Notes: a model not told the origin generated them from the letters alone. 64,000 bases of DNA from Candidatus Saccharimonadia bacterium (GCA_035479335.1 DATIIU010000002.1:37716-101715), one strand, 5' to 3'. Shown: positions 25,266 through 35,396, numbered from the stretch's first letter. A program made the numbers and translations.

Positions 25266-26705
25266 ATGAGTGAACAAAAACACACGCGGGTTGTGCCTCT
25301 ACAAGAGTATAAGCGTACAAAAATAATTGCCACAGTTGGGCCGGCAACGCATAGCTACGAAGCTATTAAACGGTTAATTATGAGTGGTGCGAATGGTCTG
25401 CGACTTAATTTTAGTCACGGAACGCACGAACAAAAGGCTGAAGAAATTGCATGGATTCGCAAGGCCAGCAAGGAGCTAAAGAAGCCAGTGGCGATCATCC
25501 AGGATTTGCAAGGACCCAAGATTCGCCTGGGTGACTTTGATGACATTATCCAGGTGCAAAAAGGGCAGACGCTGCGATTTGGCTACAGGCGTGACTGGGT
25601 GACGGATGGTATTATTCCAACCCAGTACGATTTAAGCACTAAGATAAAGCGTGGTGAGCGACTGTATTTATATGATGGCAAAGTACGTACCACCGTTACT
25701 AGTGTGAAAGATGGGGTGGTATACGCCGAGGCTAACAACAACGGCATTTTAATAGCCCGTAAGGGTATGAATCTGCCAGACACTGATTTTTCGGGTGATG
25801 TGATTACCAAGAAAGATAAAACCGACATCGCCTTTGGCAGTCAATATGATATTGATTATGTGGCAATGAGCTTTGTACAGACAGCAAGTGATATCGAGCA
25901 TATGCAGCGACTGATTAAAAACCTGGGAAGCCCACGTAAGCTGATCGCCAAAATTGAAACGCCCATGGCGGTGGAAAATATCGAAACCATTATGCAAGTG
26001 GCTGATGCGGCTATGGTAGCTCGTGGTGATCTGGCTGTCGAAACGCTGCCTGAAAGTGTACCGATTGTGCAGCGCAAAATTATTGGGCTAGGGCTCAAGT
26101 ATGGCAAACCGACCATTGTGGCAACGCAGATGCTGGCTAGTATGACTGAAATGCCCGAGCCAACCCGGGCTGAAGTAAGCGATGTGGCAACGGCAGTGCT
26201 GGTCGGCGCAGACTGTGTGATGCTGAGCGAGGAGACGGCTAACGGGCAGTATCCTATTGAAGCGGTAGAGATTATGAAGCGGGTTATTTTATACACGCAG
26301 GCACATGCATCGGTACAAGCAACGCTTTCAGACCGGGACGAGCGGACAATGTCCCGCCAGCTGGCGATTAGCCAAGGTGTAATTAGCCTGGCTACTGGTG
26401 TCCAGGCGGCAGCAATTGTGGCTGAGACTAAGTCTGGCGCAACGGCAGTACAGATTGCTTCCGAGAGGCCAACTATCCCATTAATTGCGGTAACGGATGA
26501 CCCAAGAACGGCTCAGCAACTAGCAATTGTCTATAATGTGAAGAGCTATGTGCGTCCAGTTAGCCGTGAAGCGGCCGTAAAGCTCACTGATCTTCTACGT
26601 GAGAGCCGAGTACTTAAGAAAGGTGACATCGTGGTGACGGCTAGTGGCCAGTACCCAGGTGTCGTAGGTACTACTGATACGATAAAAATCCGCCAACTTG
26701 ACTAG
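25266..26705 (+). CDS. pyk: pyruvate kinase
   Basis: 479 aa. KIIATVGPAT, LRLNFSHG, IAKIETP and MVARGDLAVE motifs. Confidence 0.95.
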   Translation: MSEQKHTRVVPLQEYKRTKIIATVGPATHSYEAIKRLIMSGANGLRLNFSHGTHEQKAEEIAWIRKASKELKKPVAIIQDLQGPKIRLGDFDDIIQVQKGQTLRFGYRRDWVTDGIIPTQYDLSTKIKRGERLYLYDGKVRTTVTSVKDGVVYAEANNNGILIARKGMNLPDTDFSGDVITKKDKTDIAFGSQYDIDYVAMSFVQTASDIEHMQRLIKNLGSPRKLIAKIETPMAVENIETIMQVADAAMVARGDLAVETLPESVPIVQRKIIGLGLKYGKPTIVATQMLASMTEMPEPTRAEVSDVATAVLVGADCVMLSEETANGQYPIEAVEIMKRVILYTQAHASVQATLSDRDERTMSRQLAISQGVISLATGVQAAAIVAETKSGATAVQIASERPTIPLIAVTDDPRTAQQLAIVYNVKSYVRPVSREAAVKLTDLLRESRVLKKGDIVVTASGQYPGVVGTTDTIKIRQLD

Positions 26706-26801
26706 GGTATTTCTGGATCACGATTTCTAGGGTATAGTAAAAACATAAGCAAAACATAAGTCTTTAGTCGGCTCCGAGTAAGCCGTTATCCAGGGGGTGG
26801 C

Positions 26802-28091
26802 ATGAGTTTCTATAAAAAGACAATCCGCGATATCGACCTAAATGGTAAACGGGTATTATTGCGCGCGGATTATAATGTGCCGCTGAATGACCGGGGTGAT
26901 ATAACCGACGACTACCGCGTGCAGCAAAGCCTGCCAACCCTCCGTTTTTTATTGGGCCAGGGTGCGTCAGTAATTGTATGCTCGCATCTGGGTCGGCCGG
27001 ACGGCAAACCGGACCCAAAATATAGTTTGTTACCAGTGGCGAAACGCCTCAAAGAACTACTAGGAATGAACGTAGAGTTTGCCCTTGACTGTGTGGGCGA
27101 ACGTGCACAGAAGGCGGCTGAAAATCTGCAACCGGGGCAGGTATTGCTGCTTGAAAACTTGCGCTTTCACGAGGAAGAGGAAACCAATGATTCTGAGTTT
27201 GCACGGCAGTTAGCTAGTCTGGCGCAAATTTTTGTGCAAGACGGCTTTGGTGTGGTACACCGAGCACATGCTAGTACCGAGGGAGTGACACGCTTTTTGC
27301 CCAGTGTAGCTGGACTACTACTGGAGCGCGAAGTTGATACGATAACCAGTGTTATGGAAAATCCAACCAAGCCACTGATTGCGGTTGTGGGCGGCGCTAA
27401 GATTGCTGATAAAATTGATGTTCTGAAGCGTTTTATCGATATCGCGGATGTAGTCGCGGTGGGTGGCGCCATGGCCAACACCTTTTTACAAGCTACCGGG
27501 CTCAAGATTGGTAAGAGCAAAACTGAGCCAGACGATATTCCGCTAGCCAAACAGATACTAGAGCTAGCTAAAGAAAAGTCACGGAACGGTAAATTTGTAT
27601 TTTATATGCCCCAAGACGGTGTGGTGGCTAGTAAGGTGGACAAGACGGCACCAACGCGCATTGTGGATTGGAGCGCACACGTGATCGCTAGTATCGAAAA
27701 CTACCCCAAGCGACCAGAGCGCGACACCAGCCAAGTGGGGCATGACGAAATGATTCTAGATGTTGGACCATTTAGCGGTGCTTTTATTGCGGGCGCCTTG
27801 CAGCTGGCAGGTACGGTGGTATGGAATGGTGCGCTGGGTGTAACCGAAACAACTGGTTTGCAGGGGCCAATCGGACCATTCGCTCATGGTACTGAACTGC
27901 TGGTTGAGGCTATGACAGGACAGTTTGGTAATCGTCCGTTCAGCTTGGTAGGCGGCGGCGATACAGTTGGCTATATTGAAAGCAGAGGAATGCTACAGGC
28001 CTTTAATCATGTGTCAACCGGTGGTGGTGCCAGCTTAGAGTTAATGAGTGGACGTAAGCTGCCCGGCGTAGAAGCGCTAGAAAATAAATAA
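26802..28091 (+). CDS. pgk: phosphoglycerate kinase
   Basis: 429 aa. RVLLRADYNVPL, CSHLGRP, GGAKIADKI and GGGDT motifs. Confidence 0.95.
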   Translation: MSFYKKTIRDIDLNGKRVLLRADYNVPLNDRGDITDDYRVQQSLPTLRFLLGQGASVIVCSHLGRPDGKPDPKYSLLPVAKRLKELLGMNVEFALDCVGERAQKAAENLQPGQVLLLENLRFHEEEETNDSEFARQLASLAQIFVQDGFGVVHRAHASTEGVTRFLPSVAGLLLEREVDTITSVMENPTKPLIAVVGGAKIADKIDVLKRFIDIADVVAVGGAMANTFLQATGLKIGKSKTEPDDIPLAKQILELAKEKSRNGKFVFYMPQDGVVASKVDKTAPTRIVDWSAHVIASIENYPKRPERDTSQVGHDEMILDVGPFSGAFIAGALQLAGTVVWNGALGVTETTGLQGPIGPFAHGTELLVEAMTGQFGNRPFSLVGGGDTVGYIESRGMLQAFNHVSTGGGASLELMSGRKLPGVEALENK

Positions 28092-28117
28092 GTGGTATAG
28101 TTTAAAGCAGAAGCAGT

Positions 28118-28903
28118 ATGAATTCACATAAGAAAACCATTATTGTAGGTAATTGGAAGATGCACTTGAATGTGCACCAGTCGAGCTTGCTAGTGCATCG
28201 GCTTAATGAGCGACTTAAAATTCACCGTGATATTGAGGTGGTTTTAGCGCCAAGTATGCTTTCCTTGCAGCCCTTATCGCAACAAATTAATCGTCGTAAA
28301 TTTCACTTAAGCGCTCAAGATGCCTACCCGGCTGACGACGGTGCGTTTACGGGCGAAGTTAGTTTTGCCATGATGGCAGGTCTGGCAGAATATTGTATTG
28401 TAGGACATTCTGCCCGGCGTATTTATTTTGGGGAAACCCTTGAGACAGTGCGTGATAAAGTACAAGCGGCAGTACGCAATGACATTATTCCGATTATTTG
28501 TATAGGTGAGACGAAACAGGACCGCGATGCTGGCGAAGGTCGCCAGGTTATTCATGACCAGCTAACCACTGCCCTTATGAACGTTACGAGCCGTGAGCTG
28601 GACAAAGTTGTGTTGGTGTACGAGCCGGTATGGGCAATTAGCACGTTTGATGGCATTATGGCTAAACCAAGTGATGTTGCCGAGTCCGTTGCCTATATGC
28701 GAATGCAAGTTCGTGAGCTATATGGTGAGCGGGCGGCAAATAATGTCTACATACTATACGGTGGTAGTGTTGATGAGCACGATGTACGTGGCTACCTAGA
28801 TGTGCCTGGTGTTGACGGGGCGCTTGTAGGGGCGGCTAGTCTAAACTACCATAAATTTGCAGCTATAGTTGACGCCGCCTATCGTATGCGTATTGAGGCA
28901 TAG
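28118..28903 (+). CDS. tpiA: triosephosphate isomerase
   Basis: 261 aa. VGNWKMH, VGHSARR, YEPVWAI and LYGGSV motifs. Confidence 0.93.
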   Translation: MNSHKKTIIVGNWKMHLNVHQSSLLVHRLNERLKIHRDIEVVLAPSMLSLQPLSQQINRRKFHLSAQDAYPADDGAFTGEVSFAMMAGLAEYCIVGHSARRIYFGETLETVRDKVQAAVRNDIIPIICIGETKQDRDAGEGRQVIHDQLTTALMNVTSRELDKVVLVYEPVWAISTFDGIMAKPSDVAESVAYMRMQVRELYGERAANNVYILYGGSVDEHDVRGYLDVPGVDGALVGAASLNYHKFAAIVDAAYRMRIEA

Positions 28904-28907
28904 CCAT

Positions 28908-29660
28908 ATGGCAGAAAAACCCACCAAAATAGATGATGTAAAACGGCCAGGCAAGTCGGCACCGTTGCCAACCAGTCGACCGATAGTAGTTACTAATCGT
29001 CCGATGCTTGCTAATGATCCAATGGTAGTTTCGACAGTGCAAGAGTCTGATGATGCAAAGTCGGCAGCAGTAGCAACTCGAATGGCCAAAGTCATTAAGC
29101 CGCTCGATAGCACTCTAGCTGCCGATTCGTCTGCTTCTGAAACGGCATCAGATCCAAAAGAGCCAGATACACCTACACCTAGTACAGTCCCAGAGCTGGC
29201 AGTAGATATTGATGCTTTGCATGAGCAAAAAGAACCGAGCGCTGACGCTAAACCTGTCGCTCAGGCAGTGCCAGCAGAAGTAGCGTCTAAGGTAGACAAT
29301 GTGGTGGCGAAATCCGAGGCAGCGGCCGGGATTACTACCAGCGAAAAGATAGCCACTTCATCCAATGTGAAACTCGAGCGTGATCCCGAAGCAGAGCTAA
29401 CTGCTGAAGAAATTGCAGCAGCCGAGGCAAAGGCTAAACGTGACCTGGAACTAGAGCAGGTCATTACCAGCGGCAAATACCATGTGCCTATCAATGCGGT
29501 GCAGCGACGACGGTCGCGTATGCACATTTTGCTGCTCTGTGTTATCGGCGCAATTCTTGTAGTCGTACTTGTTGACGTAGTCATCGACGCGGGCTTTGTA
29601 AAACTGCCCGTTAGCCTTCCACATACGCATTTCTTTTCTACTACAGCTGCAAGTGCTTAA
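28908..29660 (+). CDS. hypothetical acidic protein with C-terminal TM anchor
   Basis: ATG at 28908 directly after the tpiA stop. Low-complexity Ala/Glu/Lys-rich region, then ILLLCVIGAILVVVLVDVVI. The track start at 28869 overlaps tpiA. Confidence 0.55.
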   Translation: MAEKPTKIDDVKRPGKSAPLPTSRPIVVTNRPMLANDPMVVSTVQESDDAKSAAVATRMAKVIKPLDSTLAADSSASETASDPKEPDTPTPSTVPELAVDIDALHEQKEPSADAKPVAQAVPAEVASKVDNVVAKSEAAAGITTSEKIATSSNVKLERDPEAELTAEEIAAAEAKAKRDLELEQVITSGKYHVPINAVQRRRSRMHILLLCVIGAILVVVLVDVVIDAGFVKLPVSLPHTHFFSTTAASA

Positions 29661-29686
29661 GATTGCTTGCAGTTTGCTAAAATAAG

Positions 29687-31879
29687 GTGATGCAAGATCT
29701 TTTGGAGGGGCTTAACCCAGAGCAACAACGTGCCGTTGAGACTACTGAAGGGCCGCTGCTGATTCAGGCTGGGGCCGGTAGCGGCAAGACCAAAACCTTA
29801 ACACATCGCATCGCACATCTGATTGCAACGCACAAAGCAACGCCCTACAACATCTTGGCGGTTACATTTACCAACAAAGCCGCTCGAGAAATGCGTGAGC
29901 GAGTGGCACAATTGCTCGGTCAGGACGCTGAGAATCGTGGCTTCATGCCCTACATGGGCACATTCCACTCCATTTGCGTGCGTATCTTGCGTATGGATGG
30001 CGAGCACATTGGCATTCCGCGCTCCTATGTTATTTTTGATGAAGCCGATCGGCTCAGTGCCGTTAAGCAGGCCAGTAAGCGGCTAGGGTTGGACGAGAAG
30101 ACCTTTCCACCTCGGGTAATTGCGGGACTCATCAGCAGCGCTAAGAATGAGCTGGTAACACCAGATGAGTATGACCGAGCGGGCGGTAGTCCGGCCACTC
30201 GAGCGGCTAGCGAAGTATATCCGCTGTATCAAAGTATTCTAAAAGATAGTGGTGCGCTTGATTTTGACGACCTTATCGGTCGTACGGTGCAGCTGCTGCA
30301 AACAGTTCCAGAAATTCGCGCCAAATGGCAGCAGCAATTTGCCTACATCATGATTGACGAGTATCAGGATACAAATGCTGCGCAGTATAAACTTGTGAAG
30401 CTATTGACAAACGAAGCGAATAATATTGCGGTCGTGGGCGACGATTGGCAGTCGATATACAGTTGGAGAGGCGCTGATTTCCGCAATATCTTAAAGTTTG
30501 AAAGCGATTACCCTAATTGTGCTGTCATCAAGCTGGAACAAAATTACCGCAGTACCGGCCATATTTTAAATGCTGCACATGGTGTGGTGACCCGCAATCA
30601 ACAGCGTAGCGATAAGAGGTTGTGGACAGCGGCCGGTGAAGGCAAACCCGTACAGATTCTGCAGGTTGGCAATGAACGAGCCGAAGCCGAAGCAATAGTG
30701 CGTCGGGTAAAGTTAGGTGTAGATAGCGGCCGGCATTTCAGCGATTTTGCAGTGCTGTATCGTACTAATGCTCAAAGTCGCAGCGTAGAAGAGACATTCA
30801 TCCAATATGGTATTCCATATCGTATCGTGGGTGGGGTGCGCTTTTATGACCGCAAAGAGATTAAAGATCTAGTAGCGTATTTACGACTACTGTACCAGCC
30901 TGAAGACCGCATCAGTTTTGAACGAATTGTGAATATACCCACCCGCGGTATTGGTGCGAAGAGTCTGCAAAATTTCTATAGCTGGTATGAAGGTTTGGGT
31001 CTTGCTTTAAGCGAAGCGCTCCTGCAAGCGGCCAATTGTGGTGCTGTAACCGGAAAGGCTAAAAAAGGCCTAGTAGAACTAGGTGATATCTTGAAGAGTC
31101 TCCGTGAATTGATTGATGAGGTGCCGCCTGCAGCGCTGATTGATTCACTAGTGCGTCGCCTTAATTACCTAGGCTATCTAGATGATGGCACTGTACAGGC
31201 TGAAAGTCGCCAGGAAAACGTACGAGAGTTTATGGGTGTAGCGCAAGGCTATCAAGAGCTGGGCCTTGCTAATTTCCTAGAAGAAATCGCTCTGATTTCT
31301 GACTTAGATACTGCAGACATGAATGGCAATGCGGTAACGCTCATGACGCTACATGCCGCTAAGGGTCTGGAGTTTCCGGTGGTCTTTATGACCGGCATGG
31401 AAGAAACCATCTTTCCGCATACTCGCGCACTCTACGACCAGACCGAGATGGAAGAAGAGCGTCGGCTTTGCTATGTAGGCATGACTCGTGCTCGCGAAGA
31501 ACTCTATATGATCTACGCTACTTCGCGAATGCTGTACGGCGGAGTACAGCACAATGTGCCCAGCCGGTTCTTAAGTGAAATAGATGCCGCATATAGTGAA
31601 GAAACCGCTATGGGTGTCAGCTTTGGTTCGAGTCTAGCCGGTAGCCGACCGTACCAGCCGGAACGGTATGATGACAGTCAATATGTTGCACCAGCACCGC
31701 CAAAAACAGACGGTGAACCTCATTATGTACCAGATTTTGAGATTGGTGATGGTGTACGGCATCAGCTATTTGGCAATGGCACAATTGTAGAGCTTGAGGG
31801 AGAAACGGCTACTATCTATTTCCAAGGTAAGGGCCCTAAGAAGTTGAATATTGCATTTGCTCCGTTGGAGAAATTGTAA
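29687..31879 (+). CDS. pcrA: ATP-dependent DNA helicase, UvrD/PcrA family
   Basis: 730 aa. AGAGSGKT (Walker A), DEYQDTN, NYRS, VLYRTN, TLHAAKGLEF and the C-terminal Tudor-like tail. Confidence 0.92.
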   Translation: MMQDLLEGLNPEQQRAVETTEGPLLIQAGAGSGKTKTLTHRIAHLIATHKATPYNILAVTFTNKAAREMRERVAQLLGQDAENRGFMPYMGTFHSICVRILRMDGEHIGIPRSYVIFDEADRLSAVKQASKRLGLDEKTFPPRVIAGLISSAKNELVTPDEYDRAGGSPATRAASEVYPLYQSILKDSGALDFDDLIGRTVQLLQTVPEIRAKWQQQFAYIMIDEYQDTNAAQYKLVKLLTNEANNIAVVGDDWQSIYSWRGADFRNILKFESDYPNCAVIKLEQNYRSTGHILNAAHGVVTRNQQRSDKRLWTAAGEGKPVQILQVGNERAEAEAIVRRVKLGVDSGRHFSDFAVLYRTNAQSRSVEETFIQYGIPYRIVGGVRFYDRKEIKDLVAYLRLLYQPEDRISFERIVNIPTRGIGAKSLQNFYSWYEGLGLALSEALLQAANCGAVTGKAKKGLVELGDILKSLRELIDEVPPAALIDSLVRRLNYLGYLDDGTVQAESRQENVREFMGVAQGYQELGLANFLEEIALISDLDTADMNGNAVTLMTLHAAKGLEFPVVFMTGMEETIFPHTRALYDQTEMEEERRLCYVGMTRAREELYMIYATSRMLYGGVQHNVPSRFLSEIDAAYSEETAMGVSFGSSLAGSRPYQPERYDDSQYVAPAPPKTDGEPHYVPDFEIGDGVRHQLFGNGTIVELEGETATIYFQGKGPKKLNIAFAPLEKL

Positions 31880-32335
31880 ATGCTGAAACGTGTGCTCTTC
31901 TGGTTGCTGTGGCCAGGGTTGTTTATGTATTTTCGCGCAAGTCGACGGGCTCGCGTAGTATTGATTGACGGAGACTATAATATATTGCTAGTCAAAGACC
32001 GTTTTTTACTATGGTTTAATAAGGACCAATGGGCGCTACCGGGCGGTGGTCTACGCCGGTTTGAAACGCCAGAGGCTGGTGCGATTCGTGAACTACAGGA
32101 AGAGCTTGGCGTGCGTTTACATGCACCTAAACTAACGCTCCTTGGGCGTAGCCGGATCAGCACATACGGTTTACGCTACCAAGCTTATTTTTTACTAGCT
32201 CACGTTTCTCGCACCATTTCTTTGCGGCTCAAGACATCTGAAGTTGCAGTTGCCGAGTGGCATAAAATCAGCACGTTGGAAGCCAAGACGCTAAAACCTG
32301 AGGTGCTTGAAGCGGTTCGTCTTTTAAGGGCCTAA
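31880..32335 (+). CDS. Nudix hydrolase
   Basis: Nudix box GGGLRRFETPEAGAIRELQEELGV. The ATG abuts the pcrA stop. Confidence 0.8.
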   Translation: MLKRVLFWLLWPGLFMYFRASRRARVVLIDGDYNILLVKDRFLLWFNKDQWALPGGGLRRFETPEAGAIRELQEELGVRLHAPKLTLLGRSRISTYGLRYQAYFLLAHVSRTISLRLKTSEVAVAEWHKISTLEAKTLKPEVLEAVRLLRA

Positions 32336-32436
32336 AAATGCTACATCCGGCAACTTTACCGACCCGTTTGCTATACTTACTATAACGCTTTGGTCCGCAT
32401 GGACGTTATTTTGAAACCGGACTTAAGGCTGTAGTT

Positions 32437-33720
32437 ATGCAGAAAATTTGGAGAGTACTAACAAGCTCAAAGCAAATGCACATTCAGCGTTTTCATCGCT
32501 GGCGCAAGCATCCGCTAGGCTTACCTATTGCAGTATTTTTGGGACTCCTTGTGATAAGTGGTGGTATTTTGTCACTACTTGCACAAACGCACCATTCTGT
32601 AGCCTTTCATCCTGACACCAGCTATATTGCGATTATTTCGTATGACCACCAACAACAGACAGTTCCTACGAATGAGCCCACCGTTGGGGCGCTGCTAGAC
32701 AAGCTTGCCATACCGCTTGGCTCACGTGATCGGGTGGAGCCAAGCTTGACCACGGCTATTGATCAGGATAATTTTCGTATTAATATCTACCGTGCCGTGC
32801 CAGTTACGATTACTGATGGCACGATGACGGCAACTACATATAGTGCTGCTGCAACGCCGCGAAGTATCGTAGCCGATGCGGGACTGCCGTTATACGCCGA
32901 GGATACTGTAATTTCACAGCCAGTTGAGAATTTAGTGTCACAGCAAGCTATTGGTGAGCGAATCGTTATCAATCGCTCAGTACCTATAACGCTTAACGAT
33001 TATGGAACACTAGTGACTTTGCGAACTCATGCCAAAACGGTCAGCGAGTTGCTGGCGGACAAGGGCATACGGCTTAAGTCCGCGGATACAGTTATACCGA
33101 CAGTTGTTACACCGATTGTGCCGAATCTGCAGATTTTTGTTGCGCGTAAGGGCACTAAAATTGTGACGGTAACCCAGCCTATCGCAGCGCCGCTACAGAC
33201 GGTAACTGATAATTCGCTGTCATTCGGTACTAGCGCTACGCGCCAGCAAGGGAGTGCTGGTACCCAAGTGCTAACCTACCAGATAAACACGGTAAATGGC
33301 GTTGAAGTTGGTCGCACGCTACTGCAAACGGTGGTAACCGTGCAGCCAGTGCCGCAGATTATCGCTCGTGGGCAAGCAGTCAGTATTCCGGCCGATAAAC
33401 AGGCGGTGATGGCGCAAGCAGGCATCGCGGAATCAGACTATAAGTATGTTGATTACATTGCTAGCCATGAAGGTGGATGGTGTCCCACCAAGATCCAGGG
33501 CACGCATAACTGCCCAGGCTATATGAACCCAAGTGATGTGCCCGCGCACGGTGGCTATGGCATATTCCAGGCTACGCCAGGGAGCAAGATGGCTTCTGCG
33601 GGTAGTGACTGGGCAACTAGCGCCGTAACGCAAATTCGCTGGGCAACTGGCTATGCCGTAGGCCGCTATGGTAGCTGGGGGGGCGCTTATAATCACTGGA
33701 CGGTTAGCCACAACTGGTAA
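32437..33720 (+). CDS. RpfB-like cell-wall protein (DUF348 repeats, G5 domain, C-terminal lytic-transglycosylase-like domain)
   Basis: 427 aa. N-terminal TM. The G5-type segment is ...QQGSAGTQVLTYQINTVNGVEVGRTLLQTVVTVQPVPQIIARG. The C-terminus GGYGIFQATPGSKMASAGSDW...RYGSWGGAYNHW resembles Gram-positive muralytic domains. Confidence 0.7.
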   Translation: MQKIWRVLTSSKQMHIQRFHRWRKHPLGLPIAVFLGLLVISGGILSLLAQTHHSVAFHPDTSYIAIISYDHQQQTVPTNEPTVGALLDKLAIPLGSRDRVEPSLTTAIDQDNFRINIYRAVPVTITDGTMTATTYSAAATPRSIVADAGLPLYAEDTVISQPVENLVSQQAIGERIVINRSVPITLNDYGTLVTLRTHAKTVSELLADKGIRLKSADTVIPTVVTPIVPNLQIFVARKGTKIVTVTQPIAAPLQTVTDNSLSFGTSATRQQGSAGTQVLTYQINTVNGVEVGRTLLQTVVTVQPVPQIIARGQAVSIPADKQAVMAQAGIAESDYKYVDYIASHEGGWCPTKIQGTHNCPGYMNPSDVPAHGGYGIFQATPGSKMASAGSDWATSAVTQIRWATGYAVGRYGSWGGAYNHWTVSHNW

Positions 33721-33752
33721 AACAGGGGTGAAAGTGCTACGATTTAGCAAAT

Positions 33753-34559
33753 ATGTCATTTAATCCTACACCAAAGAAATCACTTGGGCAGCACTGGCTG
33801 TATGACGAGCGAACGCTTGAATCTATCTGCGATGCCGCAAATGTGCAGACTGGTGATACGGTGTTGGAGGTCGGACCGGGGCTAGGGACACTCACTAAGC
33901 GTTTATTGGCACGTGGTGCTAAAGTAACTGCTGTTGAATTTGATGATACCTTAGCAGCGAATCTAGTTAAAAATGTCCAGGACGCTGGAGTTTCTACTAA
34001 AGACCTCACGGTCGTCCACGAAGATATTTTGCGTTTTGATCTTACTAAGCTGCCTGCAAACTATAAAGTAGTAGCGAATATCCCGTATTACCTAACGAGC
34101 AATCTCATTCGTGTTTTGTGTGAAAGTACTAATCCATTTGACACCGCTGCAATACTAATCCAAAAAGAGGTTGCCGAACGAGTGGCCGCAAAACCTGGAA
34201 ATATGTCGCTGCTCAGCATCAGCGCGCAGTTTTATTGTGAGGCATTTTTGGACGTATCAGTTCCGGCAATGTTATTTACGCCTCCGCCTAAAGTGGACAG
34301 TCAAGTATTGGTGCTAAAATATCGCACGGAAGCACTCTATGAAGATGTAGATACAAAACAATTTTTTCGTATAGTGCGCGCTGGTTTCAGTCAAAAGCGT
34401 AAGACGCTCGCGAATTCTCTCAGTGGGGGGCTAGCAATTGATAAAGATGAAGCTCGTACTATGCTCCAAGCAGCAGATATTCCCGATAATGCACGAGCAC
34501 AGACCCTTTCACTTGACGATTGGTATGCACTCTACGAAGTAGTTACGCAAGCTCGATAG
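33753..34559 (+). CDS. rsmA: 16S rRNA (adenine1518/1519-N6)-dimethyltransferase
   Basis: 268 aa. KKSLGQHWL, VLEVGPGLGTLT and VANIPYYLTS motifs. Confidence 0.93.
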   Translation: MSFNPTPKKSLGQHWLYDERTLESICDAANVQTGDTVLEVGPGLGTLTKRLLARGAKVTAVEFDDTLAANLVKNVQDAGVSTKDLTVVHEDILRFDLTKLPANYKVVANIPYYLTSNLIRVLCESTNPFDTAAILIQKEVAERVAAKPGNMSLLSISAQFYCEAFLDVSVPAMLFTPPPKVDSQVLVLKYRTEALYEDVDTKQFFRIVRAGFSQKRKTLANSLSGGLAIDKDEARTMLQAADIPDNARAQTLSLDDWYALYEVVTQAR

Positions 34560-34562
34560 CCT

Positions 34563-34602
34563 CAACTAAACAGTACAAGATTTGTGTTGTACTGCTTGGT
34601 TG
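34563..34602. terminator. 16-bp-stem hairpin beginning GCCTCAACTAAA (family-1 slot terminator)
   Basis: CAACTAAACAGTACAA-gatttgtg-TTGTACTGCTTGGTTG, 14 Watson-Crick pairs plus one G-T out of 16. It starts at the rsmA stop codon. Confidence 0.55.
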
Positions 34603-34632
34603 GGGACAGATCAGGAGGGGCTATGGCGCGCA

Positions 34633-34692
34633 GTGCGGCGGGCGGTGTCAGAAGACACCATATCCGGACGTATGTCCAGACTCCCGCCGCAC
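34633..34692 (-). terminator. GC-rich nested inverted repeat 3' of the cassette D ORF
   Basis: Outer 10-bp stem GTGCGGCGGG / CCCGCCGCAC. Inner hairpin GGTGTC-agaa-GACACC. Confidence 0.45.
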
Positions 34693-34713
34693 GCACGACT
34701 AGCTGCTCTGTCC

Positions 34714-35235
34714 TCAGATGATCGCCGTCGCGGTGGCCTCGTCGGGAGTGGTCCCGGCCGTGCGCATCATGTCTGCTGCCATGAGGCTTCCCAGGGCGCG
34801 GACCGTCTTGAGGTTCACCCGGAGCGTTGTGGACTGGTCGGGGTCCTGGGCGGTGGCTTGCAGGGCACGGCGACGGTTCTTGTTGCCGGCGATGCGGCTC
34901 AGCACAGCCTCCATGGCGGCCCCGTTGACAGTCTCGGCGACGCTCAGCACGGCGTCGCAGTTTTGAACGGTCAGACGGTAGGGGCTGACCTCGGGGTTGT
35001 GCCTCTCGTTGTAGGCGTAGGCCTCGACCTCCGTGGGCTCGCCGAGCTGGTAGTTCACATGGGGGTGGTCCGTCGGCAGCTCACGCTCGGCGAGCAGTTC
35101 GTGGTTGACGAACGCGAAGTCTGTGGTCATCGTGCCATCGTCAGACGGTCGCTGGACGATCGTCATCTCCACCCTGGTGGGCAGCATGCACGTCACGGCG
35201 GAACGGCCGAATTGGATGATGTCCGCGAAAGCCAT
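34714..35235 (-). CDS. high-GC hypothetical protein (cassette D cargo)
   Basis: 173-aa ORF with GC3-rich codons. AGGAGG lies 7 nt upstream of the ATG. No motif recognised. Confidence 0.5.
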   Translation of the reverse strand: MAFADIIQFGRSAVTCMLPTRVEMTIVQRPSDDGTMTTDFAFVNHELLAERELPTDHPHVNYQLGEPTEVEAYAYNERHNPEVSPYRLTVQNCDAVLSVAETVNGAAMEAVLSRIAGNKNRRRALQATAQDPDQSTTLRVNLKTVRALGSLMAADMMRTAGTTPDEATATAII

Positions 35236-35302
35236 GAGGCTTCCTCCTGATCTGTTGGTCTGCTTGAAGCAGATGCTGTATACCCAGAGGGTACTATATG
35301 GT

Positions 35303-35331
35303 ATTATAAAATATTCTTATTATATTCACAA
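35303..35331 (-). promoter_or_regulatory. sigma70-type promoter reading into cassette D
   Basis: Minus strand TTGTGA (35331-35326), 17-nt spacer, TATAAT (35308-35303). It lies back-to-back with the tmRNA promoter. Confidence 0.45.
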
Positions 35332-35396
35332 TGTCTTTGCTTATTTTTGTGGTATAATACCTCACTGAGAGCAATGCGCTCTTACTTATATAACTT

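Larger units (their letters stand above)
34606..35255. repeat. 13-bp perfect inverted repeat ACAGATCAGGAGG (34606-34618) / CCTCCTGATCTGT (35243-35255) bracketing cassette D
   Basis: Read directly from the sequence. The arms coincide with the GC step. Each arm contains AGGAGG followed by an inward-facing ATG 4-7 nt later. Confidence 0.9.

Noticed and set aside
13429-26735. Recurrent intergenic CTAGGGT(A/G)T motif at 13429, 15707, 22426, 23074, 26702 and 26727.
   Set aside because: A 7-mer is expected several times by chance in 64 kb, and I could not exhaustively count coding occurrences by eye. Some instances are simply part of the promoter repeat or overlap a TATAGT -10 box.
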